47,127 bases of DNA from an uncultured Candidatus Saccharibacteria bacterium (GTDB lineage Bacteria; Patescibacteriota; Minisyncoccia; Minisyncoccales; CG1-02-41-26): NCBI GenBank assembly GCA_964421005.1, contig CAYQUV010000002.1:1-47127 (forward strand), in the 5' to 3' direction. Positions 1 to 8,921 of this stretch are shown here, piece after piece; positions within the stretch are counted from its first letter, which is position 1; each line of letters begins with the position of its first letter. Under the pieces are notes generated by a model. That model had not been told where the DNA came from, did not search any database, and saw only the letters and a list, made by a program, of their open reading frames with translations. The position numbers and the translations under genes are program-made.

Positions 1-11
1 TTCGGCTATAT

Positions 12-380
12 TTAACCGATTTGATTTTTGACTTTTTCAATCACCTCCTGCGGATCAAATTCGGTCTTAATCAACCAATCACGAGCCCCTAGTTCTTTAG
101 CTTTATCCAATTCTACTGGCTGACCGGAATTTGAAATAACAATTATCGGAATATCTTTAAGTTCATTATCTTTCTGCATTTCCTCCATTACTTCAAATCC
201 CCCCATCTTCGGCATTACTATATCAAGCAATATCAAATCCGGTTTTTCTTTCCTCATTTTCCCCAGTCCTTCCTCTCCGTCTTTAGCCGTCTCGACTTTA
301 TATCCTTCCTGGGCAAGTTTTCTTTCCAGTAGATTAATCATTAATTCTTCATCTTCAATAATTAATATTTTTTTAGCCAT
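12..380 (-). CDS. CheY-like single-domain response regulator (receiver only)
   Basis: 122 aa. Receiver-domain pattern: KILIIEDEE, phospho-acceptor context LILLDIVMPKMGG, then IPIIVISN and a conserved K (LIKTEF). No output domain. Sits directly downstream of the histidine kinase. Confidence 0.9.
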   Translation of the reverse strand: MAKKILIIEDEELMINLLERKLAQEGYKVETAKDGEEGLGKMRKEKPDLILLDIVMPKMGGFEVMEEMQKDNELKDIPIIVISNSGQPVELDKAKELGARDWLIKTEFDPQEVIEKVKNQIG

Positions 381-465
381 ATTATATAATTCTACAATTT
401 AGACAAAACTTGTGTCAAATTTAAGACCTTTATTTTTACTCTATTATCGACTTTTCTACTAGTAG

Positions 466-2061
466 TTAAAAGCCCTCAATAAATCCTTCAAATTCTTTTT
501 TCTTTACCGGCAGAGTAAAATAAAACGTTGAACCTTTTCCTTCTTCTGATTCAAACCAAACCTTTCCTCCGTGGGCTTCAACAATGTTCTTGGTAATAAA
601 AAGTCCCAAACCCGTTCCTTCGGTTTCTGCTCTTATAGCGCTAATCGCTCTGAAAAATCTGGTAAATATTCTTTTTTGCTGGGATTTTGGAATACCGATA
701 CCCGTGTCTTTAACCGAAAATAGAAACCGATTCTTTTCTTTCTCAAATTTGAGCGAAACTTCAACTCTCCCTGATTTTGTGTAATGGATAGCATTATCAA
801 CTAAATTCTGAATAGCTAAACCGATTTTCTCCAAATCAACCTCCACCTTCGGCACTCTTCCTCTGGGAAATCGAGTTTCGAATTCAAGTCCTTTCTTTTT
901 TGCCATTTCTCTCAAGGGACTAATTGTATCTTTTATTATTTTTATTATATCTTGTTTTTGAACATTGTAAAGAAATCTTCCTTCCTCAATTCTGGTCACG
1001 TTCAAAAGGTCATTTATCAATTTAATCATTCTTTCGTTGCTTTTATAGCTTTTATTCAATAATTCCCGTTGCTCTTTAGAAATCTCCCCAACATCTCCGT
1101 CAAGAATCATTTTTATTGTCCATTTTATTGCCGAAAGGGGTGTCCTTAACTGATGAGCAGCAATAGAAACGAATTCCGTTTTTAATTTCTCCACAATTTT
1201 TTCCCTGGTTATGTCACGCAAAATCACCAATGTTCCTATTTTTTCTTTTTCTCTGAGAACGGAAATAGTAGAAATTTCTATTACCAAATCTTCTTTAAGT
1301 TCCAGTTCCTGTTTGTAAATATCTTTAACTTCTTCTTTGCCTAAAATTTTCATCAGAGGAGCAAAACCGGGGAATTCATTTAAATCTCTTAGATTCATTC
1401 CTATCAATCGCTTAGGCTCTATTCCGAAAAATTCTTTAATTTTTGGATTAACCGAAAAGAGATTGTTTTCTCTGTCAAAAAGCAAAAGGCCCTCCGGAAA
1501 ATTTTCAATAATAGCCAGTGTTTTATCTCTTTCTTCCTCAGCAATACCTCTTGCCTCTTCAACGTCTTCTAAGATATTTAAAAGAACTGTCCTTGACTCT
1601 TCTAATTCTTTGGTTCTCTCTCTTATCTTCTTTTCCATCTCTTCCTGAACTTCTTTAACTTCGGAAATATCTATTACTGAAAGAAAATAACCGATGAAAT
1701 TTCCTTCTCTATCTTCTCTTCTGGAAACAGAAACGGAAACATTAACTTCTTTTTTCCCGCGGGTCACTAAAATCATTTCTTTTCCTTTAACAGATTTTTT
1801 CTCCTGAGTTTCTCTAAATATCTTCTCTATTTCTTTCTTTTCCGGAAAAATTTTATCTATTGATCCACCAACTATTTCTATTGATTTATAGCCTGTCAAA
1901 TTCTCAAAAGCCGCATTAACATCAATAATTCTCTCCACCGGATTAACCGTACAAACCGCCAGAGGTAAAAAAGTAGAAAACTCTTTGATATAAGTTTCCA
2001 AATCTCTCAAATCTTCTTTGGTTCTTTTAAGTTCTTCTTCAATATTTTTTTTCTCTGCCAT
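466..2061 (-). CDS. Cytoplasmic PAS-PAS sensor histidine kinase
   Basis: 531 aa with no TM segment. Two PAS-like regions (VNAAFENLTGY..., FSVNPKIKEFFG...). H-box SIAAHQLRTPLSAI. HATPase motifs NLVDNAIHYT, DTGIGIP, GTGLGLFITKNIVEAHGG. Confidence 0.9.
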   Translation of the reverse strand: MAEKKNIEEELKRTKEDLRDLETYIKEFSTFLPLAVCTVNPVERIIDVNAAFENLTGYKSIEIVGGSIDKIFPEKKEIEKIFRETQEKKSVKGKEMILVTRGKKEVNVSVSVSRREDREGNFIGYFLSVIDISEVKEVQEEMEKKIRERTKELEESRTVLLNILEDVEEARGIAEEERDKTLAIIENFPEGLLLFDRENNLFSVNPKIKEFFGIEPKRLIGMNLRDLNEFPGFAPLMKILGKEEVKDIYKQELELKEDLVIEISTISVLREKEKIGTLVILRDITREKIVEKLKTEFVSIAAHQLRTPLSAIKWTIKMILDGDVGEISKEQRELLNKSYKSNERMIKLINDLLNVTRIEEGRFLYNVQKQDIIKIIKDTISPLREMAKKKGLEFETRFPRGRVPKVEVDLEKIGLAIQNLVDNAIHYTKSGRVEVSLKFEKEKNRFLFSVKDTGIGIPKSQQKRIFTRFFRAISAIRAETEGTGLGLFITKNIVEAHGGKVWFESEEGKGSTFYFTLPVKKKEFEGFIEGF

Positions 2062-2084
2062 AAATTTTTATTCTCAACATATTC

Positions 2085-2694
2085 TTATTTCCGACCTATT
2101 ATTATTTCCAATATTATAACAAATTCGTGATAAGAATCCCCCTTATTCTGGCATTTAGTTTCTTCTATAGATGCTTCCTCATTTTTCAACACATATTGAA
2201 CCATTCTCAAAAAATACTCTTGATAAAAAATACGTATAGTTAGTAGGAAGACATTGATGTTTCAAACGTAATATCGCATATTTCCCTTTTTCATCAAATT
2301 TGTAGGGTATCAACTCTACTACGCCATAATGCTTTCGCCAGTATCTCGGGCCCTCTTCAAAAATTTTTTTTAGTTGAAAGAAGATATTTCATCGCCATTT
2401 TGACAACAAAGGAATACTCTGGTGCATTATTTCCCATATCGAAGATATCCGAATCTCTCCAGTTAAAAACTTCTCTGACTACAAGAACAACTGAATAAGA
2501 AAAATTAAGAGGTACTCGTTCAACGGCTTTAAGTTTTCTAAAATCTAAAGGATAACCTAATTTTCTCAATCTCGCTTCCACTTTTTTCACTCCCCCTTCT
2601 CCTTTTTTTCTTTAATATAATGAAAATGGGTTTGAACGGCTGTTCCTATTCCTTTTCCCTTTATTTTTTTCTCTATTTCTTCTTCTATGGTCAT
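2085..2694 (-). pseudogene. Frameshifted tandem paralogue of the 198-aa protein at 2707..3303
   Basis: My translation gives four collinear pieces in different frames. MTIEEEIEKKIKGKGIGTAVQTHFHYIKEKK.. / VKKVEARLRKLGYPLDF..REVFNWRDSDIFDMGNNAPEYSFVVKMAMKYLLSTKKNF / FEEGPRYWRKHYGVVELIPYKFDEKGKYAILRLK.. / ..NEEASIEETKCQNKGDSYHEFVIILE. Each aligns in order with the intact neighbour (EVFNWTDKHIEDMGYSAPSYSFIVKLLMKYFL.., YEKSPAYWVKHYNVGRL.., SCEEVKCAFKGDGYDEYVIRWE). At least two of the frame breaks fall in A/T homopolymer runs. Confidence 0.75.
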
Positions 2695-2706
2695 ATTTTA
2701 AGTTCT

Positions 2707-3303
2707 TTATTCCCACCTTATCACATACTCGTCATAACCATCTCCTTTGAAAGCACATTTAACTTCCTCACAACTTATTATTTTCTGTCGGGCACCCAGC
2801 TCAGCAATTTTACGAAAATAGCCTTTGTAATAAGAGCAAAGAATAGGATGAATTTTAAAATCTCTAAGTTGTAAAACGCAATATTTTCCTTCTTCGTTAT
2901 ACTCCGGAGCCTTTAATCTTCCGACATTATAATGTTTAACCCAATAGGCAGGGCTTTTTTCGTAGGTCTGCTTAAGAGTAAGGAAATATTTCATCAACAA
3001 TTTAACGATAAAGGAGTAAGAAGGAGCGGAATAACCCATATCTTCTATGTGTTTATCAGTCCAATTAAACACCTCTTTAACGGCCAACAGTGAAAGAGCT
3101 CTAAGACCAATAGGATACCACTCCATATTTCTGATATTCCTGTAATCAATGAAGTGGCCCCACTCCTTGGTCTTTTCTTCCACCAGTCGCAATCCATCTT
3201 CACCTTTTCTATTTAGAATATATTTAGCATCAGTAACAAAAACAACACCTCTCGCCTGCCCCGGCTTTTTGATTAAATTCTCAATCTCATTTTTTGTAAG
3301 CAT
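2707..3303 (-). CDS. Conserved hypothetical protein (198 aa), intact member of a local tandem family
   Basis: Uninterrupted ORF, soluble-looking, with decayed paralogous copies on both sides. I do not recognise a named domain with confidence. Confidence 0.7.
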   Translation of the reverse strand: MLTKNEIENLIKKPGQARGVVFVTDAKYILNRKGEDGLRLVEEKTKEWGHFIDYRNIRNMEWYPIGLRALSLLAVKEVFNWTDKHIEDMGYSAPSYSFIVKLLMKYFLTLKQTYEKSPAYWVKHYNVGRLKAPEYNEEGKYCVLQLRDFKIHPILCSYYKGYFRKIAELGARQKIISCEEVKCAFKGDGYDEYVIRWE

Positions 3304-3463
3304 TATTTAATTATTGAATTTTTTAACAGACAACCTTTAATTTTGTTCTACAAATATTGCTTTTGGCAATGAAATGATACTTTGGAATACCGTTTTCCGT
3401 CTCAAAACTATCTTCACCGGTCCAATTAAAAATTTATCCGGCAAAAAATAACTGAAACTAGGG

Positions 3464-4123
3464 TTATTTTTTGTCAAGAGTTTTCTTTAATTTTTCCTCT
3501 TCTAGCTTTTGTTCAAGCATCTTAATTTTATTTTTCAATTCCATCATTCTTTCTTCCCTGCCAACGGTTAATCTATGGAATTCCTCCAGTTCATCAACTC
3601 TTTTTTGGAGCTCTTTTGTTCTTTCTTTAACCTTTTCTTCTAAACTCTCAGCAAGTCTCTTTAATTCCCTAGTTCTGGCTTTAACTTTAATTTCCAAGCT
3701 CATTTTCTCATCTTCAATTAAAGAGTAGCTTTTCTGTAAATCAACAGCCATCTGGTTGAAAGATTTAGCTAAAGTTTCAAATTCATCTTTTGTATTTATA
3801 TTAATTCTGGCTTTCAAATTCCCTTTGCTAATTTCTTTTGTCCCCCTAATTAATTTTTTTATAGGCATAGTAAGTTTTCGACTAAGAACAATACTAAAGA
3901 AAATGATAAAAACCACAATTAGCAAAAAAATCAAATAAGTCTGATTTTTTATGTTCTCATAACTGAGTTTTGTTTCAGAAACCAGATGGGGATAAGAAGC
4001 AATATAAGGAGTATATTTCTCAATAAGCCCCTGATAACTGTCTATGGTTAAGATGGCAAAAACGGTTATCGGCAACAAACCAATTATCAGAAAAAAAATA
4101 ATAATTTTATTTAAAATACTCAT
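3464..4123 (-). CDS. Membrane-anchored HAMP-domain protein with a conserved C-terminal coiled-coil and no recognisable output domain
   Basis: 219 aa. Two TM segments. HAMP (LTMPIKKLIRGTKEISKGNLKARININTKDEFETLAKSFNQMAVDL). Tail EIKVKARTRELKRLAESLEEKVKERTKELQKRVDELEEFHRLTVGREERMMELKNKI is shared almost verbatim with the ORF at 6743..7711. Confidence 0.8.
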   Translation of the reverse strand: MSILNKIIIFFLIIGLLPITVFAILTIDSYQGLIEKYTPYIASYPHLVSETKLSYENIKNQTYLIFLLIVVFIIFFSIVLSRKLTMPIKKLIRGTKEISKGNLKARININTKDEFETLAKSFNQMAVDLQKSYSLIEDEKMSLEIKVKARTRELKRLAESLEEKVKERTKELQKRVDELEEFHRLTVGREERMMELKNKIKMLEQKLEEEKLKKTLDKK

Positions 4124-4138
4124 TTTGGCTAATAATTT

Positions 4139-4834
4139 TTAAAAAGAAACATCATTTGAATATTCTCCGCTATAAGAAAGATAAGCTATCAAAGCAGATG
4201 ACATTTCAATTATCCTTATTAAAAATAATTGAAGACCGCCGTAATGGATTGCCCACTCATCAAAAAAAGCAACGGAAATATACAAGAATATGGAGAAACT
4301 GGCAAAAAACTTGCGGGAATCCATAATTCTCTTGTATTTTAACCAGGAAATTATTCTTCTTGAAAGGTCGTAAATCATCAGTCCCATAATTATAAAAATT
4401 ATATTGAAAAAAGCATACTTCATAATCTCAGGAGGAGGAAAAGCTACACCCCAATCAGTTATTATCGGTTTTGGAAAAGAACAGGTAAAAAGAAGAACTA
4501 TATAATAAATACCAATAACAGCAACGCTATAAGTGGCAAACTTACTAATTCTTTTTCCTGCCCAGATTTTGTAACAAAAATGATAAACTATTGCATAAAA
4601 ACTAAAAACAATAAATATCTGACCTCCATTAACAAGGAATTTGTTTAAATTGGGCAAAGTCAGTGTGTAAAATCCAATACAAAACCAGAGAAGAGCGGTG
4701 AAGAGCCAGACAAGAGCAAAAGAGGTTGCTTCTTTATCTTTTCTTTTTTTCCAAAAAACATACAAGCTAGTATAAAGAGAAATAAAAGCAATTACTAAAG
4801 AACAAAATATATTGTAATATATAGGCTTAATCAT
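4139..4834 (-). CDS. Polytopic (about 7-TM) integral membrane protein, unknown function
   Basis: 231 aa, strongly hydrophobic, with about seven predicted helices and short basic loops. Same layout as the neighbouring 239-aa protein. Confidence 0.65.
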   Translation of the reverse strand: MIKPIYYNIFCSLVIAFISLYTSLYVFWKKRKDKEATSFALVWLFTALLWFCIGFYTLTLPNLNKFLVNGGQIFIVFSFYAIVYHFCYKIWAGKRISKFATYSVAVIGIYYIVLLFTCSFPKPIITDWGVAFPPPEIMKYAFFNIIFIIMGLMIYDLSRRIISWLKYKRIMDSRKFFASFSIFLYISVAFFDEWAIHYGGLQLFLIRIIEMSSALIAYLSYSGEYSNDVSF

Positions 4835-4886
4835 TACTTTATTTTACCATTTCACGAAATTTCAATCAAAATTGAACAAAGTTTAA

Positions 4887-5606
4887 TTAAGTTTCAGAAT
4901 CCGAAATTTCTTTCGGCAGACGGAAAACAGTAGTATTGACTACCCCTATCATAAATCCTGAAAGACCAAGAAAACCGGAAAAAATCAATAATGAGGGCGA
5001 AAAATAAAAGAAAGGGGAAAACCAGAAAATAAAGCCGGCTGTGGCAATTATTAGATTGCCTAAACCAATAAAAAAAGAGCGATATCTAACTATCTTTTCC
5101 AGGGCCACCTTAGCCCAGTAGAAGAAGAAAGCAGACATAAAAAGGGCGCAAAGGACAGCAAATCCTCGAGCCATGCTCTGGATTAAAGGAGTGCCGGGTT
5201 TCCAATAATAAATAGTATGGTCCCGGGTAAGAGGAAAAGCCGGAGAGAAGAAAAAGACACTCAAAAAAACATAGATCAAAAGATAAGTCAAAGTGAAATA
5301 AAAAACATATTTTTTGTAATGACGGAGTTTCTCGGAAACGCCAAGAAGGGAAGGGGCAGAGAAAAAGATTGCCAGCAGAAAACATATATCCACAAGAACG
5401 AAACCAACCTGAACGAAGACAGGGTTAAAAACAAACATTCCCGGCAGGGCCAAAAAGAAATAGGCCAGACCGACAAAGAAAAAACCCCTGGAATAAGCTT
5501 TCAAAGCCTCCATTTTAATCTTCTGGTAGGAGCGATGTAATCTGAATCCGGCGCTAAAACAGAATATAGATGCTGCCAGAGAACAAAAATTAAAAAAAAT
5601 AGTCAT
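4887..5606 (-). CDS. Polytopic (about 7-TM) integral membrane protein, unknown function
   Basis: 239 aa, hydrophobic, similar helix count and loop placement to 4139..4834. Several overlapping shorter ORFs on both strands look like shadows of this one. Confidence 0.6.
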   Translation of the reverse strand: MTIFFNFCSLAASIFCFSAGFRLHRSYQKIKMEALKAYSRGFFFVGLAYFFLALPGMFVFNPVFVQVGFVLVDICFLLAIFFSAPSLLGVSEKLRHYKKYVFYFTLTYLLIYVFLSVFFFSPAFPLTRDHTIYYWKPGTPLIQSMARGFAVLCALFMSAFFFYWAKVALEKIVRYRSFFIGLGNLIIATAGFIFWFSPFFYFSPSLLIFSGFLGLSGFMIGVVNTTVFRLPKEISDSET

Positions 5607-5621
5607 AAAAAATAGTTGTTT

Positions 5622-6596
5622 CTAAACGGCTCTTTTTAAAATTAATTTTGTCAGAAGTTTACTCCTGAAAAGCTTAAACATTAAAAACTTTGCCCATTTT
5701 TCCTGAATTGATTTTATTGCTAAAAGTTTTTTAATTCTCGGACATTTGTAACCGGGGTTTAAAATTTTCCTGGCTACTTCTGCTCCGGAAACAATAGCTG
5801 GGTATATCCCTTCGCCAGCCAACCCAAAGGAAAAACCGCCGGCATCCCCGATCAGAAACTTATTGCCGAAAATGAATCCTTGATAGTCAAAATTAATTGG
5901 GTGAGTTTCCAGTTCAGTTCCTTTAATGCTAATATTGTTTTCTCTTAAAACCCGCTGAAAATTTTCAAGAACTTTCTCCCTTTTTTCTTCCAAGTCGTAA
6001 CCGCAGCCGACCGAAGTATATTTTTGGTGAGGGAAAATCCAGACATATCTTGAACCGAATACTTTCGGGTCAAGAAAAAGTTCAAGTTCATCAAGAACTT
6101 GAGGTATATTATACTGCATGCCAATTGCCATTCGTTTACTTTTCAGACCAAGATGTTTTCTAACAACCGACAAACTACCATCGGCTCCGATAAGATAATT
6201 AAATCCTACTCTTTGACCGGTTTTCAGAATCAAATGATCGTCTTTAATTTCAACAATTTCTGAATTGACCATTATCTCAACCCTATGATTAAGCTGTTCC
6301 ACCATCCACTGACCAAGTTTCTCTCTGCTAACGGTCGCCACCAGAAGTTTATCTCTTTTTATCTGATGAGTTCTGCCAAAACAATGTATTTTTATGGAAT
6401 AAAAAACTTTGTCTGCCAAAGAAATAGGGATTCCTAAATCAAAAATTTTTGAAGTTAAACCTCCGGCACAAATTTTATGGCCGACTTCCGGATTCTTTTC
6501 AAATATAACCACTTTTCTTCCTCCTTCAGACAAAATTTTGGCTGCCCGGAGCCCGGCCGGCCCGGCTCCGACAATAACTACATCTAATTGTTCCAT
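5622..6596 (-). CDS. FAD-dependent oxidoreductase, geranylgeranyl-reductase-like family
   Basis: 324 aa. N-terminal Rossmann dinucleotide motif VVIVGAGPAGLRAAKIL..VVIFEK. ICAGGLT. LIGADGSLSVVRKHLG. IGDAGGF..GEGI near the C-terminus. This motif order is typical of GGR/FixC-type flavoproteins. Confidence 0.75.
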   Translation of the reverse strand: MEQLDVVIVGAGPAGLRAAKILSEGGRKVVIFEKNPEVGHKICAGGLTSKIFDLGIPISLADKVFYSIKIHCFGRTHQIKRDKLLVATVSREKLGQWMVEQLNHRVEIMVNSEIVEIKDDHLILKTGQRVGFNYLIGADGSLSVVRKHLGLKSKRMAIGMQYNIPQVLDELELFLDPKVFGSRYVWIFPHQKYTSVGCGYDLEEKREKVLENFQRVLRENNISIKGTELETHPINFDYQGFIFGNKFLIGDAGGFSFGLAGEGIYPAIVSGAEVARKILNPGYKCPRIKKLLAIKSIQEKWAKFLMFKLFRSKLLTKLILKRAV

Positions 6597-6742
6597 TTTA
6601 CTTCAATTGAAAGTATTGATTGAAAACAAAAAAGATTTTTATTGAAAGATTTTACCATATTTCAAGAATATAACAAAAGATTGAAGAAAAAGAAAAAAGA
6701 GAATAATGAACATCTCTTTATTTCAAACAGATTTTACTTCTT

Positions 6743-7711
6743 TTATTTCTTTTCTTCCAAGGTTTTTTCTTTTAATTCTGTTTCCAATTGTTTAATTCTC
6801 TTTTTCAATTCTATCATTCTTGTCTCCCTGCCAACGGTTAACTTATGAAATCTCTCAAGTTCATCAATTCTCTTCTGAAGCTCTTTTGTTCTTTCTTTAA
6901 CTTTTTCTTCTAAAGATTCTGCTAATTCTCTCAACTCTTTAGTTCTGGCTTTGACTTTTATTTCCAAAACATTCTTTGATTCTTCTAATTTGGTTTTAAA
7001 GTTTTTTAAATCCTTTATCATTTCATTAAATGTGTTAGCCAATTCGCCAATCTCAGTTTTAGATTTAACATCAATCTTCACATTTAAATTCTCTTTTCTG
7101 ACTTCCTCACAAGCTAAAGTTATCTTTTTTAAAGGATCAACAATAGTCCGGAGAATCAAAAACATAACCAAAAAAACAAGAGTTAATATTCCCGAAATAG
7201 CCATTATATCGTGGATGAACATAGTCCGGATAATTTCTTCAATACTTTTCAAGGAAAAAGACACCCAGACAGTGGTATCTTGATGACCGGGATAAATAAT
7301 TGTTTTTACTTTTTCTCCTTCAAAAACTTCGTCTCTAACTATCGTTTTTTTCTTGGTAATTGCTCTAGCAATATCCGGATCTTCAAGAGTTCCCCAGCGT
7401 TCCTCCTCTATGCTGCTTTGTTCAATTCTTCCATCTATTTTAACTATCCTGATATACTTAACATCTTTGGAACGAGCCATTTTATCAATAAAAACTTCCT
7501 CTATTCCCATATAAAGGGTTTTTCGATAAAACCAAACATCTGAAGAAACTATTGCATTTATGATTGAAGCTAAATTGATTTTCTCGTCAACCGCCGTTTC
7601 AATTAACTTATCCCTTTGCTTAACTACAGAAAGATAGACAGATAAAAAACTGCCTATGATCAAAATAGCAAATATGCCTAAAACTAAACTATATAACGAA
7701 TACTTTTTCAT
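6743..7711 (-). CDS. Membrane-anchored sensor-like protein: extracytoplasmic domain, TM, HAMP, and the same C-terminal coiled-coil stub as 3464..4123
   Basis: 322 aa. N-terminal TM, roughly 150-aa periplasmic-type region, second TM. HAMP (IVDPLKKITLACEEVRKENLNVKIDVKSKTEIGELANTFNEMIKDL). Tail EIKVKARTKELRELAESLEEKVKERTKELQKRIDELERFHKLTVGRETRMIELKKRI. Confidence 0.8.
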   Translation of the reverse strand: MKKYSLYSLVLGIFAILIIGSFLSVYLSVVKQRDKLIETAVDEKINLASIINAIVSSDVWFYRKTLYMGIEEVFIDKMARSKDVKYIRIVKIDGRIEQSSIEEERWGTLEDPDIARAITKKKTIVRDEVFEGEKVKTIIYPGHQDTTVWVSFSLKSIEEIIRTMFIHDIMAISGILTLVFLVMFLILRTIVDPLKKITLACEEVRKENLNVKIDVKSKTEIGELANTFNEMIKDLKNFKTKLEESKNVLEIKVKARTKELRELAESLEEKVKERTKELQKRIDELERFHKLTVGRETRMIELKKRIKQLETELKEKTLEEKK

Positions 7712-7748
7712 TTATCTTAACGTCTGATTTTTAATTAAATAATACCAA

Positions 7749-7795
7749 TATTGAGAGGCGAGGTTTTTTCTTAATAAACATGCCTCGCCTCTCAA
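7749..7795 (-). terminator. Candidate stem-loop terminator (perfect 14-bp stem) downstream of the MBL-fold gene
   Basis: ATTGAGAGGCGAGG (7749..7762) and CCTCGCCTCTCAAT (7782..7795) are perfect reverse complements around a 19-nt loop. The flanks are A/T-rich. It lies between two minus-strand genes. Confidence 0.6.
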
Positions 7796-7835
7796 TAATT
7801 TTCTTAAATATCAATCAAGATTAAATTACCTTCTC

Positions 7836-8867
7836 TTAATCGTTCCAGATATAACCTTTTCCGGGAGCACCTCCGTATTGACCTGAAACGGAAACCGGCT
7901 GCCCTGCCGGAGTAATGGATGTACTGTGGACACCATTAACCATCCAGATTCTCAGATTCTCAATATCTTTGTAATCTTCGGGATCAAAAACAGTTCTCGG
8001 CCAAGCCTCTTTGCCGATATTGGCTCCAATATTCATGGCTAAAATAGGAGTGTCCACATATTCTTTCAGATATATCCCCAACTCATAAGGACAGATAATT
8101 ACCGGCCGATAAAGCTTAGCCCATCTTTGTAAATCCTGAACAGAAGAGTGGTCAAAATGAGCCTGAGTCAAAAGCAGCAAATCAACATCCTCGTATTGAG
8201 TCAAATCTTTCAATTCTTCGGGAATAGACATATTAAATTGGACTGCCGGATCAATTATTATTCTTGCTCCTCCGGGTGATTCAAAAAGCCAGTTGCTGTG
8301 ACCCATACATAAAACCTTAACTCCCATTATCTCTTTTTCTTCCCCTTCCTCAAATGTAATAACTTCAGCCGGGAGATTGTATTTTTCCAGTTCTTCGCGG
8401 AACTTAGTTGCGTTTTTGTCAACCATCGGACAACTGGATGAGCCGTAATGAGTTGGAACTATATATTTAACTCCTTGTGGATTTATTAACGAAGCAGAGT
8501 AAGCAGCAACCTCAGCATCCATAGTATAGTAATTCCCGATAGGCAGGAAACTGACATCTGGTTTCAGAAAATCTCCAACCAGAGCCTTAAAATCATAAGA
8601 AAAACCGCTACCTCCGGGAAAGAAAAATCTGACTCCGTTTTCAAATTCAATCACGTACCCTACCGCTAAACCGGCATAAGCGTAACCGCGAGGAACTCTT
8701 GGAAGTATCTCCTGAATTTGACCGTCTATTCTTTCAGTTGTCTGTTCCAGAGTTTTATTTAATTTATCTGTGCCAGTCCAGGCAATATAAAGAGCCGCTA
8801 CTGAAATTACCAGAACTATAATTAATCCCGCTCCTAAAAATTGTTTATCCATGTCTTTGTTTGTCAA
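7836..8867 (-). CDS. Membrane-anchored metallo-beta-lactamase-fold protein with apparently permuted motif order
   Basis: 343 aa. N-terminal TM anchor. LLLLTQAHFDH (HxHxDH-type motif with Q at the first position) and VNGVHS lie in the C-terminal half. The usually C-terminal MBL elements (FFFPGGSG.., PDVSFLPIGNYYTM, IVPTHYG) lie in the N-terminal half. Confidence 0.7.
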   Translation of the reverse strand: MTNKDMDKQFLGAGLIIVLVISVAALYIAWTGTDKLNKTLEQTTERIDGQIQEILPRVPRGYAYAGLAVGYVIEFENGVRFFFPGGSGFSYDFKALVGDFLKPDVSFLPIGNYYTMDAEVAAYSASLINPQGVKYIVPTHYGSSSCPMVDKNATKFREELEKYNLPAEVITFEEGEEKEIMGVKVLCMGHSNWLFESPGGARIIIDPAVQFNMSIPEELKDLTQYEDVDLLLLTQAHFDHSSVQDLQRWAKLYRPVIICPYELGIYLKEYVDTPILAMNIGANIGKEAWPRTVFDPEDYKDIENLRIWMVNGVHSTSITPAGQPVSVSGQYGGAPGKGYIWND

Positions 8868-8921
8868 TTTACTAAAATTTAATTTCGACCTTTAATTTAT
8901 TCTAACATTTTCTTATTCAAT

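Noticed and set aside
584-1648. Plus-strand ORFs 584..784 and 1337..1648 inside the histidine-kinase gene
   Set aside because: They lie antisense to a well-supported 531-aa ORF with clear HK motifs. Their translations are low-complexity and Ser/Leu/Phe-rich, as expected from reading an AT-rich gene backwards. They are shadow ORFs.
2620-2874. 84-aa plus-strand ORF spanning the junction of the tandem paralogues
   Set aside because: It overlaps the 3' end of the intact 198-aa gene and the 5' end of the decayed copy on the opposite strand. The sequence is Phe/Leu/Ser-rich with no motif. It is a shadow ORF.
5110-5540. Three overlapping ORFs (5110..5385 -, 5217..5540 +, 5288..5476 -) within the 239-aa membrane-protein gene
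   Set aside because: They are alternative-frame or antisense reads of the longer hydrophobic ORF 4887..5606. None has its own motifs or plausible start context.
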